Shown: one piece after another, positions 30,801-42,135 of the stretch
How the letters are laid out: each line of letters begins with the position of its first letter
How positions within the stretch are numbered: position 1 is the first letter of the stretch
Assembly: GCA_039621445.1 (NCBI GenBank)
Contig: CP154954.1
Coordinates: forward strand, 19,206,642-19,270,641
DNA length: 64,000 nucleotides
Reading direction: 5' to 3'
From: Euglena gracilis
Lineage: Eukaryota
Notes under the pieces: model-generated
Told to the model about the DNA's origin: nothing
The model's database searches: none
The model's input: the letters and a program-made list of their open reading frames with translations, nothing else
Made by a program: the position numbers and the translations under genes

Positions 30801-33800
30801 CGGCTGGCTCGGCGGATGGGCCTCGGGGGCAGGCCGGGTGTGGGGCGCTGTGCCCAGCCCCTGCATACGGGAGCGTTCTCGGCCCAATCCGGTCCTGTAG
30901 TGTCCAACTGGGAACCCAGCCTGGTCTTCGACAATTCCAAGAATTGTATCCAAATTGCCACTTGGGATGCTAGGCTTCCTTTTCTGCGTATGGAGTAAAA
31001 GGCCGAGGAATGAAAACAACACCAGAGGGTAGTTTTTAAAAGCTCAAAAACACACAAGACCAGAATGTCCCTGCGATGGCTTACCCCCCCCAAAACATGT
31101 CCTAGGGTGGCAGGCTACTTTACAGGGAAATTCTGCAATCTGAACTTTTGGGGCGTTCACAGTTTCAGGGCACAGAAAAGCATCCTCCCTTAAACACTCC
31201 CAGGGATGTCCCATTCAGAGGCTATCAAAATAGACCAGGGACGCCTCGGCCAACTCAGCATTAAGCACCAACCATACAAGGAATCGACACTTCTAAAATC
31301 CCCACAACGAAAAAATAAATAAATAAATTCAATTTTTGTTTGAAAAATAAAAATAAAAAATTATTCAGAAAAGATTCATTGACCAAAAATAGCGGTGGTT
31401 AGGTAACTTTCGACCCCATTTTGCCCAATTTGGCAAACACCGGCTGATAAAACCAGTTATTTCAGCCTCCCAGCCAGTACAAAAGTGTCACACTTTCTCT
31501 ACCACTCCAGGATAATCTGGCCTACCCTGCCAAATGGACGCAGGCAAGTGGCAAATTGGGTTCCACCCTTTGACCAACATGGCACAGCGATACTGCAAAA
31601 CGGCAAACCCCTTCCAGTGGTGCCAGAACTTTGGATAGGTCACAGTGTAAAATAAAACAGAGAGATAATGCAGAGAGAGGTTCCCTGACCTGCGTGCTCA
31701 CCATAAGAATGACGGCACAACTTTGAAAGCAAATTCAAAGCAGGGACTCTGACAAGTTTGTGCTGGCAACCCTTGATCCTGATTTTTGATTATTTGCGGG
31801 TATTCTCAATTCTTTATTCATTTGTTCCACCAAAAAAAGCCAAATTCCATTTTTTTGTTGCACAAAACACCAATGCACGTTCATAATACAATACAAAAAT
31901 TTGCACAATTTTGCAGACTTTCGCAAAAAAAATCAGTTTCTGGAGGATGGTGTATGTACATGGGTTGTGGCCTGCCTTGTTGCACACAATTCAGGCGGGA
32001 ATATAAAGAGGGAGGTAATATTCCAGCCTGTCTTGCTGCAGACAATTCAGGAGGGAGTATCAGGAGGGAGGGAATATAAAAGAGAGAGAAAAAAGTATTG
32101 TTTATTTTCCATGTTTGTTTTTCACTTTGATAGAAAATCCTTGATCCTTGATGGAAAAGCCATTTTCAGAGGGACGCATTCATATATATGTTATTTATGC
32201 TTGCTTGTTGTTGTTTGTGGTTATTTATGAGTATTCATGATCATTTGTGATTCTGGATGGTTAAATTTGTGATTATTCTTGGCACAATTTGTAAGAATCC
32301 CTGTTCAAAATCAGAACTTCACCCTGACCTTTCAGGGGTCCAATCTTTCGTTTTTGGCAGTCCAGATTGTTCCCCATGTTGCTATGGGTTTTGCGTGCCA
32401 CAAACCTTGGATATCATTGGGCAAGATTTGACGTGAGGTCAGGTGGGGGGTAATATGGACACCCCCAACCAGCGGTCGAATTTTTCGGACGGGGGACAAC
32501 AGGGAAAACTCCCACTCTGTGTGGGGAAACCAACTGAACGCGATCCCTGATCGGGGGGGGGGGGGGCATCCAGCTAAATTCCACGTCAAAAACAAATAAA
32601 TGTGCAACGCATACACATTGGGGTTGGGAGTTCAGCAGAATTTTTTTTGACCAGAAGCACACTTCCACCAAAAGCACTTCAAATGCCCTATCTAATAATA
32701 TTGTGATTTTCATGTAACTCCCCACCCCACCTATCCGACATACCCATAAATGTCCAATTTACAGCCCAAAACAGCGCGGAAAACTCCCGACTTCGGAAGC
32801 CTGAGGCTTGCCGTTTTTGGCCACTGTCGGGTCAAAAAAACGATCTTCCTGAAAATTCTCCAAAATGGTGGGGAATTATTAAAAGAAATCTCTATCGACC
32901 TAAAACAAAGTCCTAAGAACACTCCATATGCTTGTCTGGTCATGTTTTTCAAATCCCCAACTGGCCATTTTTGGCCCGTTTTGGGTCGTTTTTGCGTCGA
33001 AAAAAAAACGCGAAATGCCCAGTATCTTGAAAACGAAGCAAAAACCAGCAAAAAGCCCCAAGACCTAAATTGAAGCCCTGTCTAACAGTACTTTGACTTC
33101 ACTTTAACTCCCCAATTCGGGGGGAGGCAAACTCCTGTCCAACACCGGCGCCGGGGCCAGCTCCACCCCGTCCACCGTGACGGTGAGCAGCCCCTCCGCC
33201 ACAACCATAGCGATGATGCTGCCCGCCCTCACCGTGGGGGCCAGGGGCTCGGTGGGGATGGACAGGCCGGCGACACGCGGGGACGGGGGACGGGTGACAC
33301 AAATGAATGTGCCACCGCCCAGGCGAGGGGCTGGGGGTCAGGTTGATGTCTTCCGCTGGCCAGCACGGCATTGACACCGAGGGTTCGACACAAAGGCAGG
33401 TGGAGGGCGGTCCAGAGCCCCCCAGCTCCAGTCAAGGTTGGTGAGAGGTGACCCCCACCAAAAAAACAGGGCAAGGAAAAAATTTGCAGTCCGGGGGTCG
33501 GTTCAGACTCACCCAGCAGGTGGGGGGGGGGTCCAGACCACCAACGCAAGAGAAGGGGGCACCACTCTCTTCTCTTCCCGCACACCACCCAACCAAACCC
33601 CCGACACTTTCTTGATTTCAACCCTGAACCCAGGTTACTGACTGTTCTCCAGAGCAACGCCATTTGGCCATATCTCAGGCTAGGTGGTAACATCCTTTGG
33701 GCTGGGGGGTCAAAAAACGCAGATCAGAAAATTGATTTTTTCAAAATATCACAAAAATGGTGGGGAATCAAAATAAATGTCCGGTGACCTTAAAAAAAAA

Positions 33801-35915
33801 GCCTTAGGAGCGCTCCATATGCCCGCATATAACGTTTTTCCTCTCCCCACCAGGCCACCTGCTTGTGTACCCAACCTTTTCGAATACACACCAACAATCC
33901 GTCCCCTTGTTCCTCCGCATGACGTTTCGGTCTCCACAGTCAAGGTCAGATGGCACACTGGCAACGAGGAGTGCAGCAGTTGTATCGAATCATACATCAA
34001 CAGCCAAAATTTGTTGCGGCAAACTTGTTGGATTTTTCCTTCACAGGCCGCGTTCTCCGACATTGCTCTAAGTCAGCGCAAAGGCACATTGACCTATTAC
34101 TGTCCCTGGGAAAAAAATAAAAACCAGAAAAAATAACAACCCAAGCCGTTTGAGTTATTATTTTTCGGTTTTGTTTTTCCATTTTTTTCCCCAGTGCAAG
34201 GCCCCGCCTGGTCATGGCTCTTTGGATACTTCTCGGCGCAAACACACAATGACCAAATAATCCCATTCTCCATGGGGTGTGCAATGCATTATACACCTGC
34301 TTGTCTTCCCGGTCCAATTGGCCAGTGGTGTGCATAGGGTGCACCAAAATTTGCCAAAGCCCCCGTAACTCTGCCTCTGCAAAGTCGGAGGTCTTAGGTA
34401 CCCAAAGCCAGGAATATATGCGGCCCAGGTGCTTTTATCCAGCGTTTGCACCGCCCTTTCACAGGGTATCTTCTTGGGCCCAAATGTTCAGAGGTGTCCA
34501 GCATCCCCCCCAGCATGGGCAAAATTGTCATGGCACCATCAGGTAGGAAAAGAGCTCAGTACTACACAAAACCTGGAAAGGGGGGGGCAAGGAGGGTATA
34601 AGCAAAGGGGGGCAAGGGGGAAAGCGGGGTTAATGGAGTTAAGGGGTCCCCACTTCGTTCCATGCCTTCTTTGTGGGTCATCAAAGAATAATAAATCACC
34701 AATTGCTCGATTCTGAGGGGAAAAAATATTGGGGAGATGAAATGGTTTTGTGTGCTTCCTTGTCTCCTGGAAAGTAGTACCCGCCCCCCCCCCCCCTTGT
34801 CCAACGACCGGGTTCCTGCAACCCCCGACCAGGGGGGGGGGTCGTACACCCCGCCCAACCTGCAACCCCCGACCGGGGGGTGGTCGGTATATAGGGATGG
34901 TCGGTGGACAAGGGGGGGGGGGGCGGGTAAGGAGTTGGACAGTTTGCGCGGAAGAATCAGGCATGGGCCCAATCGGAGCAGTTTCTTTTTCCTTCGCGCG
35001 GTGGCAGAGCATGCTTTTCAAAACGTCCCCGCCTGTGCCACTGGACATGAACTGCCCCTCCTCCCGGGAGCCGTTCCGGGAGAACACCAAGCCCACGCTG
35101 CCGGCAAGCCCCACCTCCCCCAGGTAGTAGTCGAGGGGCAGGGCAGCGAGGGAGGAAACATGCCCCTCCCTTGCAAGCCCCAACCAACCGGGGGGATCAT
35201 ATCCACCCCCTTGCCTGTGACCCCCATAAACAGGGGTTGTCGATGGGCAAAGGCATCCGTGTAGCCGAAATATCCCCCGCCCCCTGAGACCAAGCAAATT
35301 ATCGGCAACGTTGATTGGAAAATACGCGTGAGCATCAGATGGGTGGATGGATACCATATGGAGATATGGATATGTGGATATGTGTATTTCCAGATATATG
35401 GATACATGTATATTTGGATATATGGATACGTGGAATATGGATATATGCCATATGGAGATATGCCATTCACATTCACAGGGGCATCTGGACTCAGAAGAAA
35501 TTCTCACCACTGGCCTGGTTGCCGCACCCAGGCAGCAGCTGCCGATCGTCCGTGCCAGAGATTTGCTGGGAGGGCAAATGATCCACCACACCATTTGTTT
35601 CAACCACCCCAGCCCGGGAAACTGTCACCGGACCCCTCAGAGGTCCTTCTGACCGACTTTCTATCGTGACATGTGAATAAGTGCAGTGACAGCGTTATGT
35701 GGGGGGGTAACAAAAAAGAACTGGACGCTTTGCAAAGCCTTCGGGCCACCAAGCAAAGGCCTGGCTCCTGATGTCCAGCACAACACCGACCGCGAAGGGG
35801 CGGTCCAGGTTCACCGCCAGGACCTGCAGGCGAATGGAGTGCCGGCCGTTGGCCATGAACGTTTGCTTGGTGATCGTCGTGCTATTTGTCGACCTGACAC
35901 GGGGGCAGGCACCGG

Positions 35916-36006
<91 letters not shown>

Positions 36007-37831
36007 GCGGGTACCGCTTGTCGCTACCGGGTTGTACCGCTGTGTGCGGAAAGAGAGAGACACGCGGGAAACCGCGGCCACCCCACAACGGGTGGAACAA
36101 AAGTCCCGGCCTTCCTTCCGGGCAACTAGCGCTTGCGAGCCCTTCGAGGCCAGGCGCATGGGACTGAAGCGCTTCCCCACACAGCCCAAGACGGCTAGGG
36201 GCTCGGAGTCCGGGGTGAGCCGACGCCGCCACCGCCCACGGCGAAAAGAATATGGGCTCCCGCCAGCTGACGCGGTTTACAAACATCAGCTAGGCCACCC
36301 CACGCAGCAACCGAGGTGGTGCTTCTCGGCCTGCAAGGACTCGAGCGCAAAGTCCCGCCCGCACAGCCTCCAGTGCAAGTCGGCACAGAGGAAAGAGCCA
36401 CGTGTGGGTGAAGCCCGTTACCCTCCTGGTGAGTCGCGGGTCGGGCTCCCCATACCTTGCTTGGGGTCGAAGCAAGTGGCTCTATGCGGGCTGTAGCTCC
36501 GGGAAGGCTGGCCCATCTCTGGGTGAAGGAGGCGGGCTGACGGGGTGCCAGGACCCCAATCGGCGCCGGCCGTGGACCAGAGTATCCCAGAGTGGTGACC
36601 ACCTTCACGCCAAGGAGTGGGGCGAGTGGCCCCCGGGGTCCCCGCTCCTGGCAACCGGAGTTCCTGGGCCGTTCCTCGGGTGACGGCAGCACCCGAGGGC
36701 CATGCAACACGCGGAGCCGCTCTCCAGGTGGGTGCCCACGGGGCTTTATCTCGCCTGCCTGGATGGAGCCGTGGGTGGCCCTGAGGGTCCGCATACCCTT
36801 GGGGTCCATGACTCGCCCACCCGCGGAACATGAGTGCCCCGTCACCAGGCGGTCTGCCCCCACCAGCCGGGCGTCGGGGGCATCGACAAGGAAGGCCCGG
36901 CTGGATCCGAAACCGCCTGGCTCTTTTACCGCTGTGTGCGGAAAGAGAGAGACACGCGGGAAACCGCGGCCACCCCACAACGGGTGGAACAAAAGTCCCG
37001 GCCTTCCTTCCGGGCAACTAGCGCTTGCGAGCCCTTCGAGGCCAGGCGCATGGGACTGAAGCGCTTCCCCACACAGCCCAAGACGGCTAGGGGCTCGGAG
37101 TCCGGGGTGAGCCGACGCCGCCACCGCCCACGGCGAAAAGAATATGGGCTCCCGCCAGCTGACGCGGTTTACAAACATCAGCTAGGCCACCCCACGCAGC
37201 AACCGAGGTGGTGCTTCTCGGCCTGCAAGGACTCGAGCGCAAAGTCCCGCCCGCACAGCCTCCAGTGCAAGTCGGCACAGAGGAAAGAGCCACGTGTGGG
37301 TGAAGCCCGTTACCCTCCTGGTGAGTCGCGGGTCGGGCTCCCCATACCTTGCTTGGGGTCGAAGCAAGTGGCTCTATGCGGGCTGTAGCTCCGGGAAGGC
37401 TGGCCCATCTCTGGGTGAAGGAGGCGGGCTGACGGGGTGCCAGGACCCCAATCGGCGCCGGCCGTGGACCAGAGTATCCCAGAGTGGTGACCACCTTCAC
37501 GCCAAGGAGTGGGGCGAGTGGCCCCCGGGGTCCCCGCTCCTGGCAACCGGAGTTCCTGGGCCGTTCCTCGGGTGACGGCAGCACCCGAGGGCCATGCAAC
37601 ACGCGGAGCCGCTCTCCAGGTGGGTGCCCACGGGGCTTTATCTCGCCTGCCTGGATGGAGCCGTGGGTGGCCCTGAGGGTCCGCATACCCTTGGGGTCCA
37701 TGACTCGCCCACCCGCGGAACATGAGTGCCCCGTCACCAGGCGGTCTGCCCCCACCAGCCGGGCGTCGGGGGCATCGACAAGGAAGGCCCGGCTGGATCC
37801 GAAACCGCCTGGCTCTTTTACCGCTGTGTGC

Positions 37832-37867
<36 letters not shown>

Positions 37868-40800
37868 GTCCCGGAGGGTGCCCCGTAGGTAGTGGACCAT
37901 TTTTCCGTCCCGCGCTGCCTTGTTTTTGGGGCCGGTTTTTTTCAGCCCCCCCCCCTCCCCCACCCCCGGGAGGGTGACGCAGAGCTCGTTTGTAACGGTC
38001 TGCACCACACAGAAAAGAGCGGTCGGGGACGAGGGTTGGCAGGGTCGTCACCCCTGACGATGCCCCACCTGCCAGCCTGGGGCGAAACCGCAACACAGAC
38101 TGACAACACACGCGCCCACACCGACTGACAACACACTTCCCCCACAAGCACACACTCTCGGGTCGGCAAGGAGTTCCCCCCAAGGAGTTCCCCCAGCAAC
38201 ACCGATCAGAAGAGAGAGAGAGAGAGAGAGCAACGAGGAGGACGCGGAGGACGGGGAGGACGAGGTCGTGGACGAGGCGACGGAGCCCAAGATCGACACG
38301 GCCATGGAGATCCCCGAAACCCGCGTGCCGGGCACGGAACTTGCCAGCCGTGCCCGTCATGCGGGTACCAGAACGAGGTGTACCACGCCGACGGGGCCCT
38401 GGGGGGTGGGGGGCTCGCCGGCGGTGGCATCCCCGGGCCCCCGGGCCCTGGCGCGGGGTCCGGGGGTGGCGTGAAAGGCGTGCGGAGCCCATGGGGGGAG
38501 CGCCGCCCCCCCAGCACGCACGCACGCACGGGGACCGCCACACACCCACCAGCAGGCAAGGGAGGGGGGAGGGGGAAGGGGCAGCCCAGCGCGCCAGACA
38601 GACGGGCAGCCACCGGAGGACCGGAGGCAAAGGGGAGGGGGAAAGGGAAGGGGCAGCCCAGTGCGCCAGACAGACGGGCAGCCACCGGGGGACAGGAGGC
38701 CAAGGGAGGGGGGAGGGGGAAAGGGAAAGGCAAGGGAAACCCACGTGGTAAAAGAGAGAGCGACGCGGGCAACCGCGGCCACCCTACAACGGGTGGAGGG
38801 AGAGTGACGGTGAGCGTCGCGCGGCACACGCCAGCCCGCGACGACAGGCCGCTCCCATACCCAGTCCACGGGAAGCACGCGAGGCAGGTGGAGAGGAGCA
38901 CGGGAAGGCAGGCGTGGACGTGGAGGTCATGGGAGGACTGGCACGTGAACGCCGTGCAACGGCGTTCCTGGCGCAAGAGCCCGATTCGGCGACTGCTGGA
39001 GCTCCGGCACGCTGAAGCACAAGCCAACGGAGACCGGGCCAATTACTTCTCCCCGGAGGCAGTGACCACCTGGCACGGGATGATCTACGGGGCGTACCAT
39101 TTCCCTACAGGGAAGTGGTACGTGGGCCAGACAGTCAACACCATCCGCCAGCGGGCACGAGAGCACTGGTACGCACGAAAGTCGGCGCGGGACTTCCTGC
39201 ACCTGGCGCTGGCAGACGACCCGGACCCGATGACCTGGCTGGCCCTGCCACTGGAGATCATCCCCAAGGAGCTGTGGCGATGTCCAGAGGCAGACCGACA
39301 AGCAGGGTGGCGGAAGAAAGGCTCTCCAGGGGTACCTGCCGATCACTGGCAGGGCGTGTCCCGGCACGCCGTCAATCGGGACCCCAACAAAACCCACCAG
39401 CACCATGACACAAAAAATCGCAGGCATGCCAGGCAATGACGGCCTGCCCGGCGCAGAGCCTCTGCCCCGGGTGGCAGGCGGGGCGCCAGCCTAAGAACCC
39501 GCAACCGATCTGGGGCGGATCTCCAGGGGTACCTGCCAATCATTGGCAGGGCGTGGCCCGACATGCCGTCAAGCGGGACGAAGGAGCAGAAGAACCGTGC
39601 CCCAGAAGCAGAAGCCAAGACCAGCACGACTGGAAGAAAGGGGCACGGATCGGGGAAGCAAAGAACCCCGGACCACCCCAAAGAGGGTACCAACAGCCCA
39701 ACCCAAAAGGGGGGGCCCAGCGAGGAGGACAACAAACAGGAAAAGGGCAGACACAGCCCAGGAAAGGAGGCAAGGGTGGCAAAGGAAACGTCACCCCACA
39801 AGGAAGCCGGCAGGGCCAACCCCAAGGAGAGGGCTGGCAAACAGCACAAAGCACCGGCCGAAAACGCCTCCAAAAGCGCCTCCAAGGGCTCCAACGAGCG
39901 CTGCAAGAAATGCAGCAAGAGCTCGACCAATGGCGGCGAGCCTCTACCAATCAGTCAAGAGGAGGGGGACGCCCCAAACAGCCGCAGCACCAGGCCGGCC
40001 CACACCGGGGCGGGGTTTACGCCGGGCAGTGAACCGGGGGTGACGCCGCCAAGGATCCCGCCCCCGGGGAGCCCGGGCGGGCCTGAGGACAGCGAGGGGG
40101 ACGCCCCGAGCCACGGACTGGCCCACACCGTGACGGGGTTTACGTCGGGCTGTGAACTGGGGGTGACGCCGCCAAGGATCTCAGCCCCAGGGAGCCCGGG
40201 CGGGTCCGTGATCGTGCTGCCAGGACCGGCCTCAGAGCCGAGGGGGGACGCCCCAAGCGACAGGCTGGCCCACACCGGAGCGGGGTTTACGCTGGGCGGT
40301 GAACCGGGGGTGACGCCGCCAAGGATCTCGCCCCCGGGGAGCCCGGGCGGGCCTGAGAGTTGCCAGCCCAAGGCCATGGAGACGGAGACAGACGCCCTCG
40401 AGGGGGTTGCAGCGCAGCCAAGCACCGCCTCCCAATCCCCCAGCGCCCCAACGGCCCCCACAGCCTCCCAAGGCCCCCCTCTCTCCAACCCGGACTCCGC
40501 CTCCCCAACCCCATGCCTCCCCCCACCCACCCGTGAGGTCCTCCAGGAGCGGGTCGTCATCGTCGAGAGGCAGGTCCCCGTTCCCGTGCGGGAGCCTGTC
40601 TTCGTGGATCGGGTCATCGAGCGGGTCGTCCCGGTCCCCGTGCAAGTCCCCGTGGAGGTCCGGGTCCCCATGCCCGTCCCCGTCCCCGTGGAGGTCCGGG
40701 TCCCCATCCCCATCTACCTCCCTCCCTCCGCGCCACAAGCCCCCTCCATCATGCAGAATGTGCATGTCAACACACTCACCATCGGCCCCTCCTCCTCCTC

Positions 40801-42077
40801 GTCTTCCTTGGCCCTCCTCCAAGGTCTCCCCATTCCCGCCATCGAGGCCCCCAACCGCCTCCTCCTCACCGCTCCCCCGCCACCACCCAGCGACACCACC
40901 GACGACGACACCTCTTCCCAAGGCCCCACGAAGAAGAGGAAGTTCACTTCGTTGAGTGAGTGGCCTGCCGAGTGGCGAGCCAAGTACGAAGAGTGGAAGG
41001 CGGTGCTGAAGGACCCACGACAAGCAGGACGAGGACAAACCATGTACGAATCATGGGACCCGGACCTGCAGAACCAGGTCTGGGCCTCGTGCGGCCCCCA
41101 GCGGCGGAGCATCATCCAAGAATGGCAAGAAGCCGCAGCAGTCCAGAACGTCGAGCGCCCCGCGGACCTCGAGCGCCAGACGCATGACTGGCATGAAGGT
41201 GCCAGGATCGGGGAGGCCGACCACCCCGGTCCAAGGCGCCACCCCCACGGCCCCCACCAGGGCCACCAACCCTCCGGGAGCCACGTCCCCGGAGCGAGAC
41301 CGAGCCACGTCCGGGCGGGTGGCAGGCAGCGTGGTGCCTGTGCCCCGCCAACCCCGTCCGCAGGGGAGCAAGCGAAGCGGGATTCGCCCCGGCCCCAAGC
41401 CCCTTGGCGACCCAACAGGGAAGCGGCCCGTGGGCGCCGCCCTGGGGATTCTTTTTCTTCAGCAGCCATGAGATTTTCCAGACCCTCTCGCCCTGGGAGT
41501 GCGCAGGGCAACCCACCCCGAGGAGAAGAAAGAGACCGAAGAGACGAAGGTGTCGCATGGACACCGGTGCAAAGCCGGCGGGGGGCAGCACTGCACAAGG
41601 AGATCAAGAGAATGGCGGACACCATCTCCGCCCTGAGCGCGGAGCTGAAGAAGCTACAAGAAAAATGCCAAGCTCAACGCCACTTTCGGGGGGAGTCGGA
41701 GCCCCCAACCACATCGAGACCACCGCGGAGGGGAGAGAGAGAGAGAGAGGGAGGCAAGGGCCGGCCCCCCTCCGATCCCCTCTCATCCCAACCCGTGGGA
41801 TCCCCTGCGAGGCCATCGTCGCGGCGGACGGCGGCGGCAGCGGCGGCAGCAGGAGACGACGACCAGCACAGACGCGGAGGCGGCGACATCGCAGGTGTGC
41901 CACCCCCGGCCTGCCGGAGCTGGTATCTCCGGCCCTCCAGTTCGGGCCGCACCGGCTGGAGGTGGGCGTGCAACCCGTGCGAGGCCTCCCCCCTCTGCGG
42001 CACCCCCCCACCTCCCTCCCCATCCCCTCCCATCCCCACCCCCACCCACACCCAGAATACCCCGTCCATACCAATCA

Positions 42078-42135
<58 letters not shown>

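Larger units (their letters stand above)
36035..37844 (+). repeat. Two apparently identical 892-bp tandem units (36035-36926, 36927-37818) plus the start of a third; pseudo-LTR-like
   Basis: TACCGCTGTGTGCGGAAAGAGAG recurs at 36035, 36927 and 37819; the ORF track shows duplicated translations at offset 892. Confidence 0.95.
35918..42132 (+). mobile_element. Penelope-like (GIY-YIG) retroelement derivative flanked by (GA)n, with tandem ribozyme-bearing repeats; no RT seen
   Basis: Abrupt GC-rich block without obvious introns between two long (GA)n tracts; GIY-YIG motif; tandem 892-bp repeats; three hammerhead folds. Confidence 0.75.

Noticed and set aside
36200-36250. GCCG...CGGCGAAA hairpin as an additional hammerhead
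   Set aside because: No valid core box and no stem III partner
36195-37755. ORFs of 150-330 aa on both strands of the 892-bp units
   Set aside because: GC-rich, overlapping in several frames, with no domain motif; the unit looks like structured RNA
38230-42130. Reverse transcriptase within the element
   Set aside because: No (Y/F)xDD motif in an RT-like context in the supplied translations
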